This document shows, piece after piece, positions 24,384-33,364 of a stretch of 64,000 bases of DNA; the first letter of the stretch is position 1, and each line of letters opens with the position of its first letter. The notes beneath the pieces are model-generated. The model did not search any database. It was not told the DNA's origin and saw only the letters and a program-made list of their open reading frames with translations. Both the position numbers and the translations under genes were made by a program. This DNA comes from a virus (lineage: Duplodnaviria; Heunggongvirae; Uroviricota; Caudoviricetes), in IMG/VR virus record IMGVR_UViG_3300020059_000001, positions 14,679 to 78,678 of that record. One strand, 5' to 3'.

Positions 24384-25276
24384 GACGTGGACCCTTCACC
24401 CCGCCGGCCGCGGAGAGCCTCAAGATCAGTCGGCGGGAACGCCTTGATCACGTCCTCCCAGTCACCGAAGATCGGCACCTGGTACTTGCAGGACAACGCA
24501 TGCCCCAGCTCGTAGTAGGCCGCCACCGCCTGCCCGCACATCCTCTCCACGACCCGGGTCCCAATGAGATCACTGGGCAGCATCCACGGCCAAAGCGACG
24601 ACGGCTTGGATGGCTTGAACACCTTCTCGGTTACCTGCCTCGGTTCCGGTCGGGGTACATGCAGGGCGACGATCCGGGCATGCCGGGCCCGCCAACCATC
24701 CGGGCCGATCTCGACCCGTCCCCAACCGTCGACAACCCCCATTACCTTCGGCAAACCCCAACCGACCCAGACACACGATGGACAGACGCACGGACCGGCT
24801 GGTCGGCCTGTCCGGTGGAACGTGCGTGGGTTGTGGAGTGCGTAGTAGCCGCAGGAGCAGCCCTTCGCTGGTACCGGGGCACCTGCTGGATGTTCCGGAT
24901 CTTCGCCCTCCCTAAGCGCGTACTTACTCATCTCGACCAGATGTTGCCGCGTGCATTCCGCCGCCGGCAGATCGCCTGGCAACCATCTGGTTGTCGCAGT
25001 GATTCCTGCGAGGTGGACGTCGGGTGGGGGGTACTGGTATCGCTCGTAGCCGTCGTCGCCCTCCGGTGTCCGACCGGAGATGGCCCCGTGGGGCCAGACG
25101 ATCTGCCATGTCCGGTAGCCGCGCAGGCGGCCGGGTACGAGTGTGACTGTTTCTCCGCCGTACGGGTCCGGTACCGCCGGGGATGTCGGTTGCGGCACCC
25201 CCGGCGACGGAGCCCATCCAGCCGGAATGTACCCGCCCTTATTGTACGGATTGTATCCGCCCGGATGGATTCCCAT
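24380..25276 (-). CDS. hypothetical protein (Pro/Gly-rich N-terminus, Cys cluster)
   Basis: ORF 24380..25276; ATGA overlap with downstream HTH gene. Confidence 0.45.
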   Translation of the reverse strand: MGIHPGGYNPYNKGGYIPAGWAPSPGVPQPTSPAVPDPYGGETVTLVPGRLRGYRTWQIVWPHGAISGRTPEGDDGYERYQYPPPDVHLAGITATTRWLPGDLPAAECTRQHLVEMSKYALREGEDPEHPAGAPVPAKGCSCGYYALHNPRTFHRTGRPAGPCVCPSCVWVGWGLPKVMGVVDGWGRVEIGPDGWRARHARIVALHVPRPEPRQVTEKVFKPSKPSSLWPWMLPSDLIGTRVVERMCGQAVAAYYELGHALSCKYQVPIFGDWEDVIKAFPPTDLEALRGRRGEGSTS

Positions 25277-25390
25277 CTATGCCGGTTCCAGTTGGCGTTC
25301 CGGCGCCTCGACCGGCTCGGTCAAAGGCTCCTCGACCGGCTCGTCGAGCGGCTCGAACTCGTAGGTTTCAGTGTCCTCACCGATGTTCAT
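25277..25390 (-). CDS. small acidic peptide (37 aa, MNIGEDTETYEFEPLDEPVEEPLTEPVEAPERQLEPA)
   Basis: not in ORF track (<60 aa); strong AGGAGGA RBS 5 nt upstream of ATG 25388-25390; stop TAG 25277-25279. Confidence 0.4.
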   Translation of the reverse strand: MNIGEDTETYEFEPLDEPVEEPLTEPVEAPERQLEPA

Positions 25391-25700
25391 GACTTTCCTC
25401 CTGTTTCGGAGTCGATCGACGGCGCTGGATTTCATTGCGCCATGCGGCAGTAAGTTCTTCCCCGTCCCACCGGTAGCCGAAGTCGGCGTCGGCGTAGAAT
25501 CCGAACCGGACCTGCCGGTTGAGAACCACCAACGAAAACGGCAAGAGGTAGTAGTCCCCGGCCAGCTGACCCCAGATGCAGTTCCGTGCTGAGTTCATGT
25601 CGAGCTGGGCTCGGTCTACCTGGCCAGCCCAACCCGGCCGGTGCCGATCCAACCAGCGGGCACCACGACGAACCCGCGCCTGCGCACTAACCTCGAACAT
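25377..25700 (-). CDS. hypothetical protein
   Basis: ORF 25377..25700. Confidence 0.35.
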   Translation of the reverse strand: MFEVSAQARVRRGARWLDRHRPGWAGQVDRAQLDMNSARNCIWGQLAGDYYLLPFSLVVLNRQVRFGFYADADFGYRWDGEELTAAWRNEIQRRRSTPKQEESHEHR

Positions 25701-26992
25701 CAGGCATCCACCAATTCCGTCTCGGCGGGCTGCTCGACGTCGACCGGCGGCGGCAGGAAGATGGTCGGCATCTTCGACCCGCGCTGGACAACCAAGTGTT
25801 CGCCGTCGTAGTCGCCTTCCACGAAGGCGTTCCAGCCCTTGACGATCAGCGCGAACAGCTCGGCCGGCGCCAGCCTGCGGTTAGCGGTCGGCTGGCGGGC
25901 CATCTGCCGACGCAACTGGTAGATCGGGCTAGCGGCCCGGTCTTCACCGACCACACCCTCCACCAACTGGTCAGCGAACTGAATCACCCGCGGGTCGTCC
26001 GGCGGCATCTTGTGCCGGATCAGGTACATCGCAGCGATGGGTGCGCTGATCGCTCCGCCGATTTCGCGGCGCAGCCGGTACGCCCACTTCAACGCCCATT
26101 CCAGATCTTCCTGGTCGAGCCGGTCAGCCACGTCGGCGATGAGGTCGTTGGTGACCCGCTGCCGGGAGTGGTCGAGCGTTGCCCTGCCCCACACCTCGAA
26201 CAGGTAGACCAGCCGGATCGCCGACGACACCGGATTCGAGTCCTTGAACCCGAGCATCCGTAGCACCTGCCCAGCGGTCCGCTTGCGGTTTCCGTCGATA
26301 ACGGGGAAGTTCCGCGGGTCCATGCCGACCGACACCATCAGTTCGGCGGCGACGCCGGAGTTGGCGATGGCGGTGAGCCGGGTCTGTCCGTCCTGCAACC
26401 GGCCGGTGGTATCGAATGCCACTCCCTGGTGGGTGTAAAGCCACCGTCCGGTGTGAAGCACACCTTCCCAGACGGCCACGTCCAGGAACGACATGGACCG
26501 GTTTTCCCACGGCGTCTTATCGGTTGGCGCGTTACGAACCAGCATGGCTTTGGCCATGTCTGGGGTAACCAGCACTCGGGTGTAGGTTGTCGGTGTCGAG
26601 TGCTCGGCGAGTATTTCTTCGATAGCCACTGTGGACGGGCCGTAGGGGCCGGCGGCCTTGGTCAGTAGCTTTGATCGGGTTGCCGCCAGACTGAGGCGGC
26701 GTTCGTTCGTGGCCTGGCCGGCGGCCAGCTTGGCGGCCTTGTTGTTTTTCTCTTGTTCCGCCACTGCTGCTTCGGCCTCGACGAAGCCTCGCCGGTTGAG
26801 TTCGCCCATCAGGTTTCGTTCCCACCGGAAGTCCGATGGGGTCAGGTGTACTGGTACCGGGTAGCCGTCCGGGCATACGATCTTGTATGAGCCGTTGTCG
26901 ACTTGTTCGACACTCCACTCACCAGGGAAGGCGTTCGCAACCTTTCGCGCTCTGCCTATGATCTTCAGTACGTCGGCCTGTCTCGAAGCCAT
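25700..26992 (-). CDS. ParB-like nuclease domain protein
   Basis: DGQTRLTAIANSG resembles ParB/Srx DGxHR motif; 430 aa. Confidence 0.5.
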   Translation of the reverse strand: MASRQADVLKIIGRARKVANAFPGEWSVEQVDNGSYKIVCPDGYPVPVHLTPSDFRWERNLMGELNRRGFVEAEAAVAEQEKNNKAAKLAAGQATNERRLSLAATRSKLLTKAAGPYGPSTVAIEEILAEHSTPTTYTRVLVTPDMAKAMLVRNAPTDKTPWENRSMSFLDVAVWEGVLHTGRWLYTHQGVAFDTTGRLQDGQTRLTAIANSGVAAELMVSVGMDPRNFPVIDGNRKRTAGQVLRMLGFKDSNPVSSAIRLVYLFEVWGRATLDHSRQRVTNDLIADVADRLDQEDLEWALKWAYRLRREIGGAISAPIAAMYLIRHKMPPDDPRVIQFADQLVEGVVGEDRAASPIYQLRRQMARQPTANRRLAPAELFALIVKGWNAFVEGDYDGEHLVVQRGSKMPTIFLPPPVDVEQPAETELVDA

Positions 26993-27465
26993 TATTTACT
27001 ACCTTTCCGAGCTACCGGCTGGGTAAATTCCCACAGTCCGACACCCCGCATCTTGATTTCCTTCGTACTGTCTCTTCCAGTCGCACCGGCTATGGGTGTG
27101 CCGTGGCTCAACACGACCACCAGGTCCGTGCCGAGGTCGACCATCCGGTCGACGTTGCGGGCTTTCGCTGTTGGGCAGTAGTCCCCGTGGGGACCGCCTG
27201 AGCGGCGGTGGCCGCTGGTAGCGCAGTCTGGTCCGCACTTCGTTGGATCGAATTCGTGGACCTCAACCTGCCAGCCCAGGCTGTGGGCGGTTGCCGCAGC
27301 GAACCGGGCAGCACCATCGGTCATGTCGCAGACCAAGGTGTAAGGCGGCCGGTACACCTGCATGATCCGGTTGAACGCAGCCACGGTCAGGGCACGGCTC
27401 GTCCACAGCTTAGAACCGAACAGCACGATCCTACGCCCGTTGTCGTCGTTCTTACTCACTGTCAT
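26992..27465 (-). CDS. DUF2493/SLOG-family Rossmann-fold protein
   Basis: IVLFGS...VCDMTDGAARFAAATAHSLGWQVEVHEF pattern; one-nt overlap with downstream start. Confidence 0.4.
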   Translation of the reverse strand: MTVSKNDDNGRRIVLFGSKLWTSRALTVAAFNRIMQVYRPPYTLVCDMTDGAARFAAATAHSLGWQVEVHEFDPTKCGPDCATSGHRRSGGPHGDYCPTAKARNVDRMVDLGTDLVVVLSHGTPIAGATGRDSTKEIKMRGVGLWEFTQPVARKGSK

Positions 27466-27805
27466 CTGTCACTTCATCTCTCGAAACTTGTGATTGCTTT
27501 GTGGTACCTCGGGCCACGTAGAACCGTGCCCGCACCTCATCGGACGCCTCAGCTAGCAGCCAGTCCCGTTCCACCGCAACCTGTTGTGGAGCAAGTAGAC
27601 CCTGCCTGAAACCCTCCGCGACTGCGTGGCCCATCAGCCGAACTCCGAGTTTCCGGTACAACGTTTGCGCTGCGCTCTTGATGGTGTTCAGCGACAGGTG
27701 AAGTTCCGCGGCGAGCTGCACGTAGGTTTTCCCGTCCGCGAAACCACGGAGCAGCGTCATCTCTTTATCCGTCAGCGGCGCCACGGTTACCCCCGTTCCG
27801 ACCAT
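27452..27805 (-). CDS. LuxR-family (GerE-type HTH) transcriptional regulator
   Basis: LTDKEMTLLRGFADGKTYVQLAAELHLSLNTIKSAAQTLYRKLGV. Confidence 0.65.
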   Translation of the reverse strand: MVGTGVTVAPLTDKEMTLLRGFADGKTYVQLAAELHLSLNTIKSAAQTLYRKLGVRLMGHAVAEGFRQGLLAPQQVAVERDWLLAEASDEVRARFYVARGTTKQSQVSRDEVTDDSE

Positions 27806-28005
27806 ATGTAACGGCGGACGGTTTCGATTTCGACGACCAGCTCGGGGTGTCGGGTTTCTAATTCTAGGAGTGATTGGCCGGCCCTGCGTAGCTTCGCCGC
27901 GGCGTCGACGTAGGACGCGCCGACCTGTTCTAGCTGCTGTTCCAGGCGGGCATTGTCGGCGATGGCATCATCAAGGGCCTGTTCAATAACTGGCATCGTA
28001 TTCAT
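27787..28005 (-). CDS. hypothetical coiled-coil protein
   Basis: ORF 27787..28005. Confidence 0.35.
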   Translation of the reverse strand: MNTMPVIEQALDDAIADNARLEQQLEQVGASYVDAAAKLRRAGQSLLELETRHPELVVEIETVRRYIWSERG

Positions 28006-28430
28006 ACAACATCTTCTCTTTCCTCAAATCTGGTCCACGTCCCGTCCATGTTCAAATACACCGGTAGCGGATCATGGAATGTGGTCACCGGTACGTCCGC
28101 GGCCGGCGCGTCGCCGCTGCGCCACAACCACCCGATCCGCCACGCCTCAAGCGGTTGCTGGTTAGAACACCAATCGTTGTGATACGTGCAAGCCACGAGC
28201 AGGTTCACCGGCGTATTGATCCACTCGATGGCCGGTGACTTCGACCCGACCCCGCCGGCCTTACGCTCATACCGGTGATGAATACAGGTACCCGGCAGCC
28301 CACACTCACTGAACTCGCAGCGATGCTCCGCCCGGCGGTAAACCAGGTGACGTACCCACAGACTCGGACCGGTGCGCTTCAGCGGCTTACGTTCCGACTG
28401 AGTCCGCCGCAGCCACTTACGACGCTCCAT
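28002..28430 (-). CDS. HNH endonuclease
   Basis: RAEHRCEFSECG....IHHRYERKAGG...N...LLVACTYHNDW. Confidence 0.65.
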   Translation of the reverse strand: MERRKWLRRTQSERKPLKRTGPSLWVRHLVYRRAEHRCEFSECGLPGTCIHHRYERKAGGVGSKSPAIEWINTPVNLLVACTYHNDWCSNQQPLEAWRIGWLWRSGDAPAADVPVTTFHDPLPVYLNMDGTWTRFEEREDVV

Positions 28431-28674
28431 AACCCGCCTCGACCATCATCGCCAGCGTCCTGATCGGATGCCGGAACCAACCCCGACGATCAACCCGAAG
28501 GTGGACAATGCGTTGTTCGTCCCACCCGTCGTCGAGCCGGAACACGTTACACATCGGGCCATGTGCCTCGATGGCGCACGACAACATCCTGACAATGGAC
28601 ATCCATTCACCCTCGGCGAATACCTGCGTACCCTCGCCGACCAATATGAGGAAATCGAACGTCGGTGCAGCCAT
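28417..28674 (-). CDS. hypothetical protein (internal ATG of ORF 28417..28878)
   Basis: MAAPTFDFLILVGEGTQVF...; upstream part of ORF looks non-coding. Confidence 0.3.
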   Translation of the reverse strand: MAAPTFDFLILVGEGTQVFAEGEWMSIVRMLSCAIEAHGPMCNVFRLDDGWDEQRIVHLRVDRRGWFRHPIRTLAMMVEAGYGAS

Positions 28675-28786
28675 CGTTTCGGACGTCCACGGCTGCACCG
28701 ACGTCCGGGACCGGCAGGACATCAGCTCACGGCCAGCAGGACGAGTACCACGAGGACAACCACGACGGCGATCCACATCCCCCGGG

Positions 28787-29521
28787 TCACGACGATGCCT
28801 CCTCCTCATCGGCGTCGCGGTGCTTGCCGGCGTACTGGTCTGCCTTGCCCGCGGCGGTAGCCTCCTGGTCGACGACACCAGGGGTAGTTGTCACTACCGC
28901 GACCGTTTCGCCGACCGACGAACCGGTGGCATAGCTCCGCGTCGCGCTGGCCATTCCGCGGTAGAGGGCCCTGGTGCCACCGCTGTCCTGCCGGGTCGAC
29001 GACGAAAACTTGCCAAGCCCGATCTTGTCGGCCTCAGCCCAGGCGGACGGGCCGGCGCCCATGTACATGAACCCCCACCGGTCGGTCTGTTCCCGATCCT
29101 CGATCAGTTTGCGGACCTGGTCCTTGGAGAAGTCGCGGCTGGAGTTCTCCAAACCGTCGGTTTGGATGACGACCAGAGCCCGCTCGTTCTTACCGAGCGT
29201 GCCGTGCTTGGACTGGAACCCGCCGAGGGTATGGCCGATGGCGTCGTAGAGCGCGGTCGAACCCCGCGGGTAGTAGTTGGTTTCGGTCAGCTCCGGCACC
29301 TCGGCCAGCGACGCGTCGACCACCAGCGGAATGAATTCGGTGTCGAACAACGTGATGGTCATCCGGTAGTAGTTGCCGTCGTTTTTCAGGTTGGCGATAT
29401 AGCCGTTGAGGCCACCGCGGACGTCGTTAGCCAACGCGAACATCGACCCGGACATGTCAACGACCATCAGGACATGCGTCACCGCGACAGCAGTACCCTT
29501 TGTGGTGTTCTTCTTCGTCAC
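28787..29521 (-). CDS. von Willebrand factor type A (vWA) domain protein
   Basis: MIDAS VVDMSGSM, TALYDAI, VVIQTDGLEN; antisense ORF 28508..29689 rejected. Confidence 0.7.
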   Translation of the reverse strand: MTKKNTTKGTAVAVTHVLMVVDMSGSMFALANDVRGGLNGYIANLKNDGNYYRMTITLFDTEFIPLVVDASLAEVPELTETNYYPRGSTALYDAIGHTLGGFQSKHGTLGKNERALVVIQTDGLENSSRDFSKDQVRKLIEDREQTDRWGFMYMGAGPSAWAEADKIGLGKFSSSTRQDSGGTRALYRGMASATRSYATGSSVGETVAVVTTTPGVVDQEATAAGKADQYAGKHRDADEEEASS

Positions 29522-31170
29522 TTCGGCTGCTCCAGTTTCTCTATCTTCTTCGTTATCTCGCGCGCCAACGCGGTGTACTGCGAATCGTTGAGCTTCCCGT
29601 CGGTTCGGGTAGTCCAGGCCCGGCTACCGATACCCCGAGCGGCCTCCACTGTTTCGGCCTCTCGGATTTCCTTGAGGAAGCTGTCGTAGCGGACCACTGA
29701 CTCCCGGAACGCAGCCGACGGCTGACCGCCAGACTGCGTTGGCACCGCCGGATCGGGGGCTTGCTGCTCCGCTGACCGGGCCGGCCTAGGCATGTGTAGC
29801 GACGCCCGCGTCTGCGCGTCATCGTCGATCGGGGTTTCCTTACGCCACAGGTCCAGTGCAACACCGAACCGCATCGCAGCATTCCTCAAGCTGTTGTTAA
29901 CAACCAGACCATTCGCGATGTACTCATGGACCTCCTCAACGCTGAGGTTCCAAACCGGCGCGTTGCCTGCGTCCAGCACGGCCACGACACGCGGGCCTAC
30001 AGTAGATGCCCCACGACTTAGTGGTCGTGAACGCAGCTCCGCATTCCACGCAGTTCCGCTCCGTAGGCGGTTTCGCTGTACTGGGCCGCGGTTTGACGAG
30101 ACCGGCTGCGCGACGCGCAGCTTCCTTGCATCGGGCACTACACCATCGGATATTCCGAGAATATTTGGTAGAACCGAAATCGACTCCGCAGCGATTGCAC
30201 CGGTATATGCGAGGCTTACGTTCGCCGTAATGGTGACGGGCGTGTTCGGCCGGAGAGATAGCCACGAGGTTGATGGGCTCATTGTTGTCTGGGTTGTGGT
30301 CACGGTGATGGATGTGCCATCCGCGACGGATAGGGCCATGCACGCTGGCGTAGATGTCGCGATGGAGCATCGTGCGTGGCGCGGTTGTTGCCATGAAGTA
30401 GACGCGCCGATGCCAGTCTGGATGCGTGGGAAGCCGGCGGTAGGTACGCCCGTTCCACGACACATCTTCGGCGTCGGGGCTTTTGCGGTACCCGGCCATG
30501 CGTACAGCATATCTCCATTACGGAGCATTCCCACGGATACCGTTCCCCGGTCGGTCGGCACCCTATGTCGCGGTGTAGCGACAAGAATCCGACCGTCATC
30601 GCTGAGTACAGCAACTACCGGAGCGGCCTCCGCCGACAGCCAATGGTCGGTGACCCGTCGCCATCCGTAACGAGTCAGTACCTGCTGACCGACATGGACA
30701 GTTTCAATCGGTTGCCAACCATCGCGGGTCAGAATCGGAGTACCGGTGACTAAACAGTCACCAATTATCTCTTTCATCGCGTCGCCGCCGTGTTTCTCAC
30801 CGGCATGGCCATAACCGAGCCGGGTCACACCGGCAACGGTGAGCCGGATCCACATCCCGCCGTTGCGGTCCAACGCCGGTAGACCCTGCGGGTCGAGCGC
30901 CAACGGTTCCCACGACCAGCCAGGGTCTACGTCGAGCAGCCGGTCGGTGACGTCGGCGTGGCCCACATAGTCAAGATGCATGTGAGCAGTACTGATCCAG
31001 TTACCGCAGTCGGAGCAGCGTGCCTTGGCGTGCCGGTCGCATACCCGGGACCGGGAGTCCCGGCAGTCCCCGCAGGTAACGCGGGGCAGCTTCCCGAGCC
31101 GTTCCGGCGGAAACGGCTCCCGCAGCGCCTTCATGACATGTGTCATGGTCGGCGGATCCTGATCGGTCAT
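29518..31170 (-). CDS. Rad52-family single-strand annealing protein interrupted by an intein (exteins about aa 1-138 and 427-550)
   Basis: extein junction AMKEIIGD|intein|SLRNAAMRFGVALDLW reconstitutes Rad52 A.K.A..D...NA..RFG motif; GYGHAGEKHG loop. Confidence 0.6.
   Translation of the reverse strand: MTDQDPPTMTHVMKALREPFPPERLGKLPRVTCGDCRDSRSRVCDRHAKARCSDCGNWISTAHMHLDYVGHADVTDRLLDVDPGWSWEPLALDPQGLPALDRNGGMWIRLTVAGVTRLGYGHAGEKHGGDAMKEIIGDCLVTGTPILTRDGWQPIETVHVGQQVLTRYGWRRVTDHWLSAEAAPVVAVLSDDGRILVATPRHRVPTDRGTVSVGMLRNGDMLYAWPGTAKAPTPKMCRGTGVPTAGFPRIQTGIGASTSWQQPRHARCSIATSTPACMALSVADGTSITVTTTQTTMSPSTSWLSLRPNTPVTITANVSLAYTGAIAAESISVLPNILGISDGVVPDARKLRVAQPVSSNRGPVQRNRLRSGTAWNAELRSRPLSRGASTVGPRVVAVLDAGNAPVWNLSVEEVHEYIANGLVVNNSLRNAAMRFGVALDLWRKETPIDDDAQTRASLHMPRPARSAEQQAPDPAVPTQSGGQPSAAFRESVVRYDSFLKEIREAETVEAARGIGSRAWTTRTDGKLNDSQYTALAREITKKIEKLEQPK
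29893..30756 (-). other. intein (Hint domain): block A CLVTGTPI, block B GRILVATPRHRVPT, blocks F/G VWNLSVEEVHEYIANGLVVNN|S
   Basis: all splicing blocks in the Rad52 frame; 288-aa intein; central about 185 codons in that frame are Ser/Thr-rich low complexity. Confidence 0.6.
29936..30499 (-). CDS. HNH endonuclease ORF nested inside the intein, same strand but a different reading frame
   Basis: HIHHRDHNPDNNEPINLVAISPAEHARHH plus two C-terminal CxxC pairs; (31170-30499) mod 3 = 2 so not in the intein frame. Confidence 0.6.
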   Translation of the reverse strand: MAGYRKSPDAEDVSWNGRTYRRLPTHPDWHRRVYFMATTAPRTMLHRDIYASVHGPIRRGWHIHHRDHNPDNNEPINLVAISPAEHARHHYGERKPRIYRCNRCGVDFGSTKYSRNIRWCSARCKEAARRAAGLVKPRPSTAKPPTERNCVECGAAFTTTKSWGIYCRPACRGRAGRRQRAGLEPQR

Positions 31171-31186
31171 CGATGCGTAGTCCTCT

Positions 31187-31492
31187 TTATTCGTTGTTAG
31201 TGTTGAGATGGAATGCGCGTTCTCGTGCCGTTTCGCAGGCGTGCAGGAACTGCTCCGACCAGTCCGGGCTCAGGTCCGGGAACTCCGCCACCAACTGTTC
31301 GTCGAGTAGCATCTGACCCGGTGTTACCAAACCGACAGCCACCCGGGTTCTGCCGTCGTGGTGGGCAGTCCGGATCATCCACGATGCATGTTCCCGTCGG
31401 CGCCGTCGGTGGCGCATCCGCCACAACTCCCCCACCGACCAGACCACGAACAACAAGGCGACTGCCACAAGCAACAGGACAAGAACGCGCAT
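31187..31492 (-). CDS. small membrane protein (N-terminal TM helix)
   Basis: MRVLVLLLVAVALLFVVWSV... Confidence 0.4.
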   Translation of the reverse strand: MRVLVLLLVAVALLFVVWSVGELWRMRHRRRRREHASWMIRTAHHDGRTRVAVGLVTPGQMLLDEQLVAEFPDLSPDWSEQFLHACETARERAFHLNTNNE

Positions 31493-31501
31493 TCCACCTA
31501 C

Positions 31502-32497
31502 CTACTTCGCCAACGGCACCGACGTACTGGCACCTGGGGCGTACACCGACACGTTCGGCGGGATGGCCCTCATGATGTCGATCTGCGCGCAGGCCGGGCA
31601 GGACGCATACCCCTCCTGGCGTCTCCTGTTAGCGTCCGCCTCGGCCTGGGCAACCGCCACCTTCGCCTGCGCGCCGGTGATGTCGGCGAAACTGGCCTGT
31701 GCCCTATCAACCGACGCCTGCACATTCGCCGGCAACGTCACCCGGGACAGGTTGAATTGAATGTTTTCGAAGAATTCGCCGCCGAGTTTTCCGGTCAGGT
31801 CGGTCTTCAGCGACGTGTTCACCGCTTCTTGAACACGGGCAATGTTGGTGTTGTTGGCTTTGCCGGCGTCGGCCGCGACTGGAGCCGGGGTACCAGTCGC
31901 CTGGTTCTGCACCAGGGCGCACGATGACAGCAGCTCGACGCATCGGAACCCGCCGACCTGGATCCGCATGTCGTTGTCGATGACCGGACGGACAACCGCG
32001 TCGAGGTACGTGGACCAGCCGTCGTCGCCATCCCAGACATCCCTTAGCTTCCCGTCGAGCCCACGGAACTGACGGGTGCCGAACTTGTCGTCGAACCGTT
32101 TCATGGCAGCGTTGTCGAGGTTGAGGGTGAAGTAGATGGTGCCTTCGATACCCAGGTCGACGCCGTCGCTGGACGGGACGTGGAGTACGTCTACGCCGGT
32201 CCGATCACCGCGGCCGGTGTCGGCAGTAATCGTGTAGTGCCGTTGCTGCGCCGGGTATTTGTGGGTATGTGACCAGAAGCCGGTCCAGGTCAGGCTGGAT
32301 GCGGGTTGGATGACCTGCCGTACCTTGTTGTTGTCGAACATGCCGCCGTTGCGGATGACGGCGATCTCACCGCCGCTGGTCTTGTCGAAGCCAGTGAACA
32401 CACCGACCAAGGTAGCGATTATCAGGATGGCAGCGGCAATGAACGCGGCAACAATCGCTCCGTCGCCGGCATCGCCGCTACTGGATGATCTGGACAT
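31502..32497 (-). CDS. SPFH/band-7 (stomatin/prohibitin-like) domain membrane protein
   Basis: N-terminal TM AIVAAFIAAAILIIATLVGVF then IAVIRNGG... band-7 region. Confidence 0.55.
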   Translation of the reverse strand: MSRSSSSGDAGDGAIVAAFIAAAILIIATLVGVFTGFDKTSGGEIAVIRNGGMFDNNKVRQVIQPASSLTWTGFWSHTHKYPAQQRHYTITADTGRGDRTGVDVLHVPSSDGVDLGIEGTIYFTLNLDNAAMKRFDDKFGTRQFRGLDGKLRDVWDGDDGWSTYLDAVVRPVIDNDMRIQVGGFRCVELLSSCALVQNQATGTPAPVAADAGKANNTNIARVQEAVNTSLKTDLTGKLGGEFFENIQFNLSRVTLPANVQASVDRAQASFADITGAQAKVAVAQAEADANRRRQEGYASCPACAQIDIMRAIPPNVSVYAPGASTSVPLAK

Positions 32498-32575
32498 CTA
32501 TGTTGCCTTTCCGACCTACTGAGGAGGGATGACTGGGGGGTAGATAAAGCCCATGGCAATGAGACCGCTACCTAT

Positions 32576-33346
32576 TCACTTAAGGACACCGGCCTTCTTC
32601 GCCCTGACGAACCAACCATCCCACCCGTCGGCCAACGCCACCGCGAACGTCGAATCCGAACAGGTCAACAGATCCAGGCCGGGGTTCTTCCGGTCAGGCT
32701 TGGTGTCCACGTTGTCCAGCAGCCGGTTCGAATCCGGCAGCTTGTCCAGCTCCTGGAGGTAGGGGACCGGGCGGATGGCAAGGAACTTGAGGAACACCGG
32801 GTAGCGGGCCAGGTCGCACACCACCTCGGTGGCCGCGGACCCGGTGTCCGGGTTGCCGTCGGTAACAACGGCACAGTAGAGCGGCGTATCGATGACCTTA
32901 GCCATCGCCCGCACCACGTTGAGCGCAGCCGCGAGGTCCGTAGTGGCCATCCTCTCGGCCTTCCAGATTTCCCGGTTGACGATGTCGCGGTAGTTGTTGA
33001 CGGTGGCGTTGACGACCGGCCAGGCCTGACTGTCAAACGGAAGCACTGGGACGGTGCCGTCGTCGTCGACCTGCAACGCAAACCCGAGGACACGTTCAAC
33101 GAACTGCTGGACCTTGCCGCTGGCGTAGTCCGGGTGCATCGAACGGGAGTGGGTAAGAACGAGCACAACTCCGGCGCGGATACCAGTCAAGCCGCGGTCA
33201 TCCAACGCGACACCGGCGTGATCAGCCCGCTTTACCAGCTCCACGTGGCCAGCAGCGCGGAGCTTGCTCAAATTGATCGCAGGCCCGGTGCCCTTCTGCA
33301 CGCTGACCGTACGCGCCGGCCCGGCGGTGCCGTTCTTACCGAACAC
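32576..33346 (-). CDS. vWA-like domain protein (TerF/TerY-associated vWA type)
   Basis: VVLVLTHSRSM MIDAS-like, LYCAVVTDGNPD; second vWA protein in the module. Confidence 0.5.
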   Translation of the reverse strand: MFGKNGTAGPARTVSVQKGTGPAINLSKLRAAGHVELVKRADHAGVALDDRGLTGIRAGVVLVLTHSRSMHPDYASGKVQQFVERVLGFALQVDDDGTVPVLPFDSQAWPVVNATVNNYRDIVNREIWKAERMATTDLAAALNVVRAMAKVIDTPLYCAVVTDGNPDTGSAATEVVCDLARYPVFLKFLAIRPVPYLQELDKLPDSNRLLDNVDTKPDRKNPGLDLLTCSDSTFAVALADGWDGWFVRAKKAGVLK

Positions 33347-33364
33347 GCGGTTCCTTTCCGGAAA

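Noticed and set aside
28508-29689. 393-aa plus-strand ORF
   Set aside because: It is antisense to the vWA gene, which has clear MIDAS motifs, and its composition is Arg/Pro-rich.
29518-31170. Treating the 550-aa ORF as a single uninterrupted Rad52-like protein
   Set aside because: The internal 288 residues carry all intein splicing blocks, and the middle is low-complexity with an HNH ORF in another frame.
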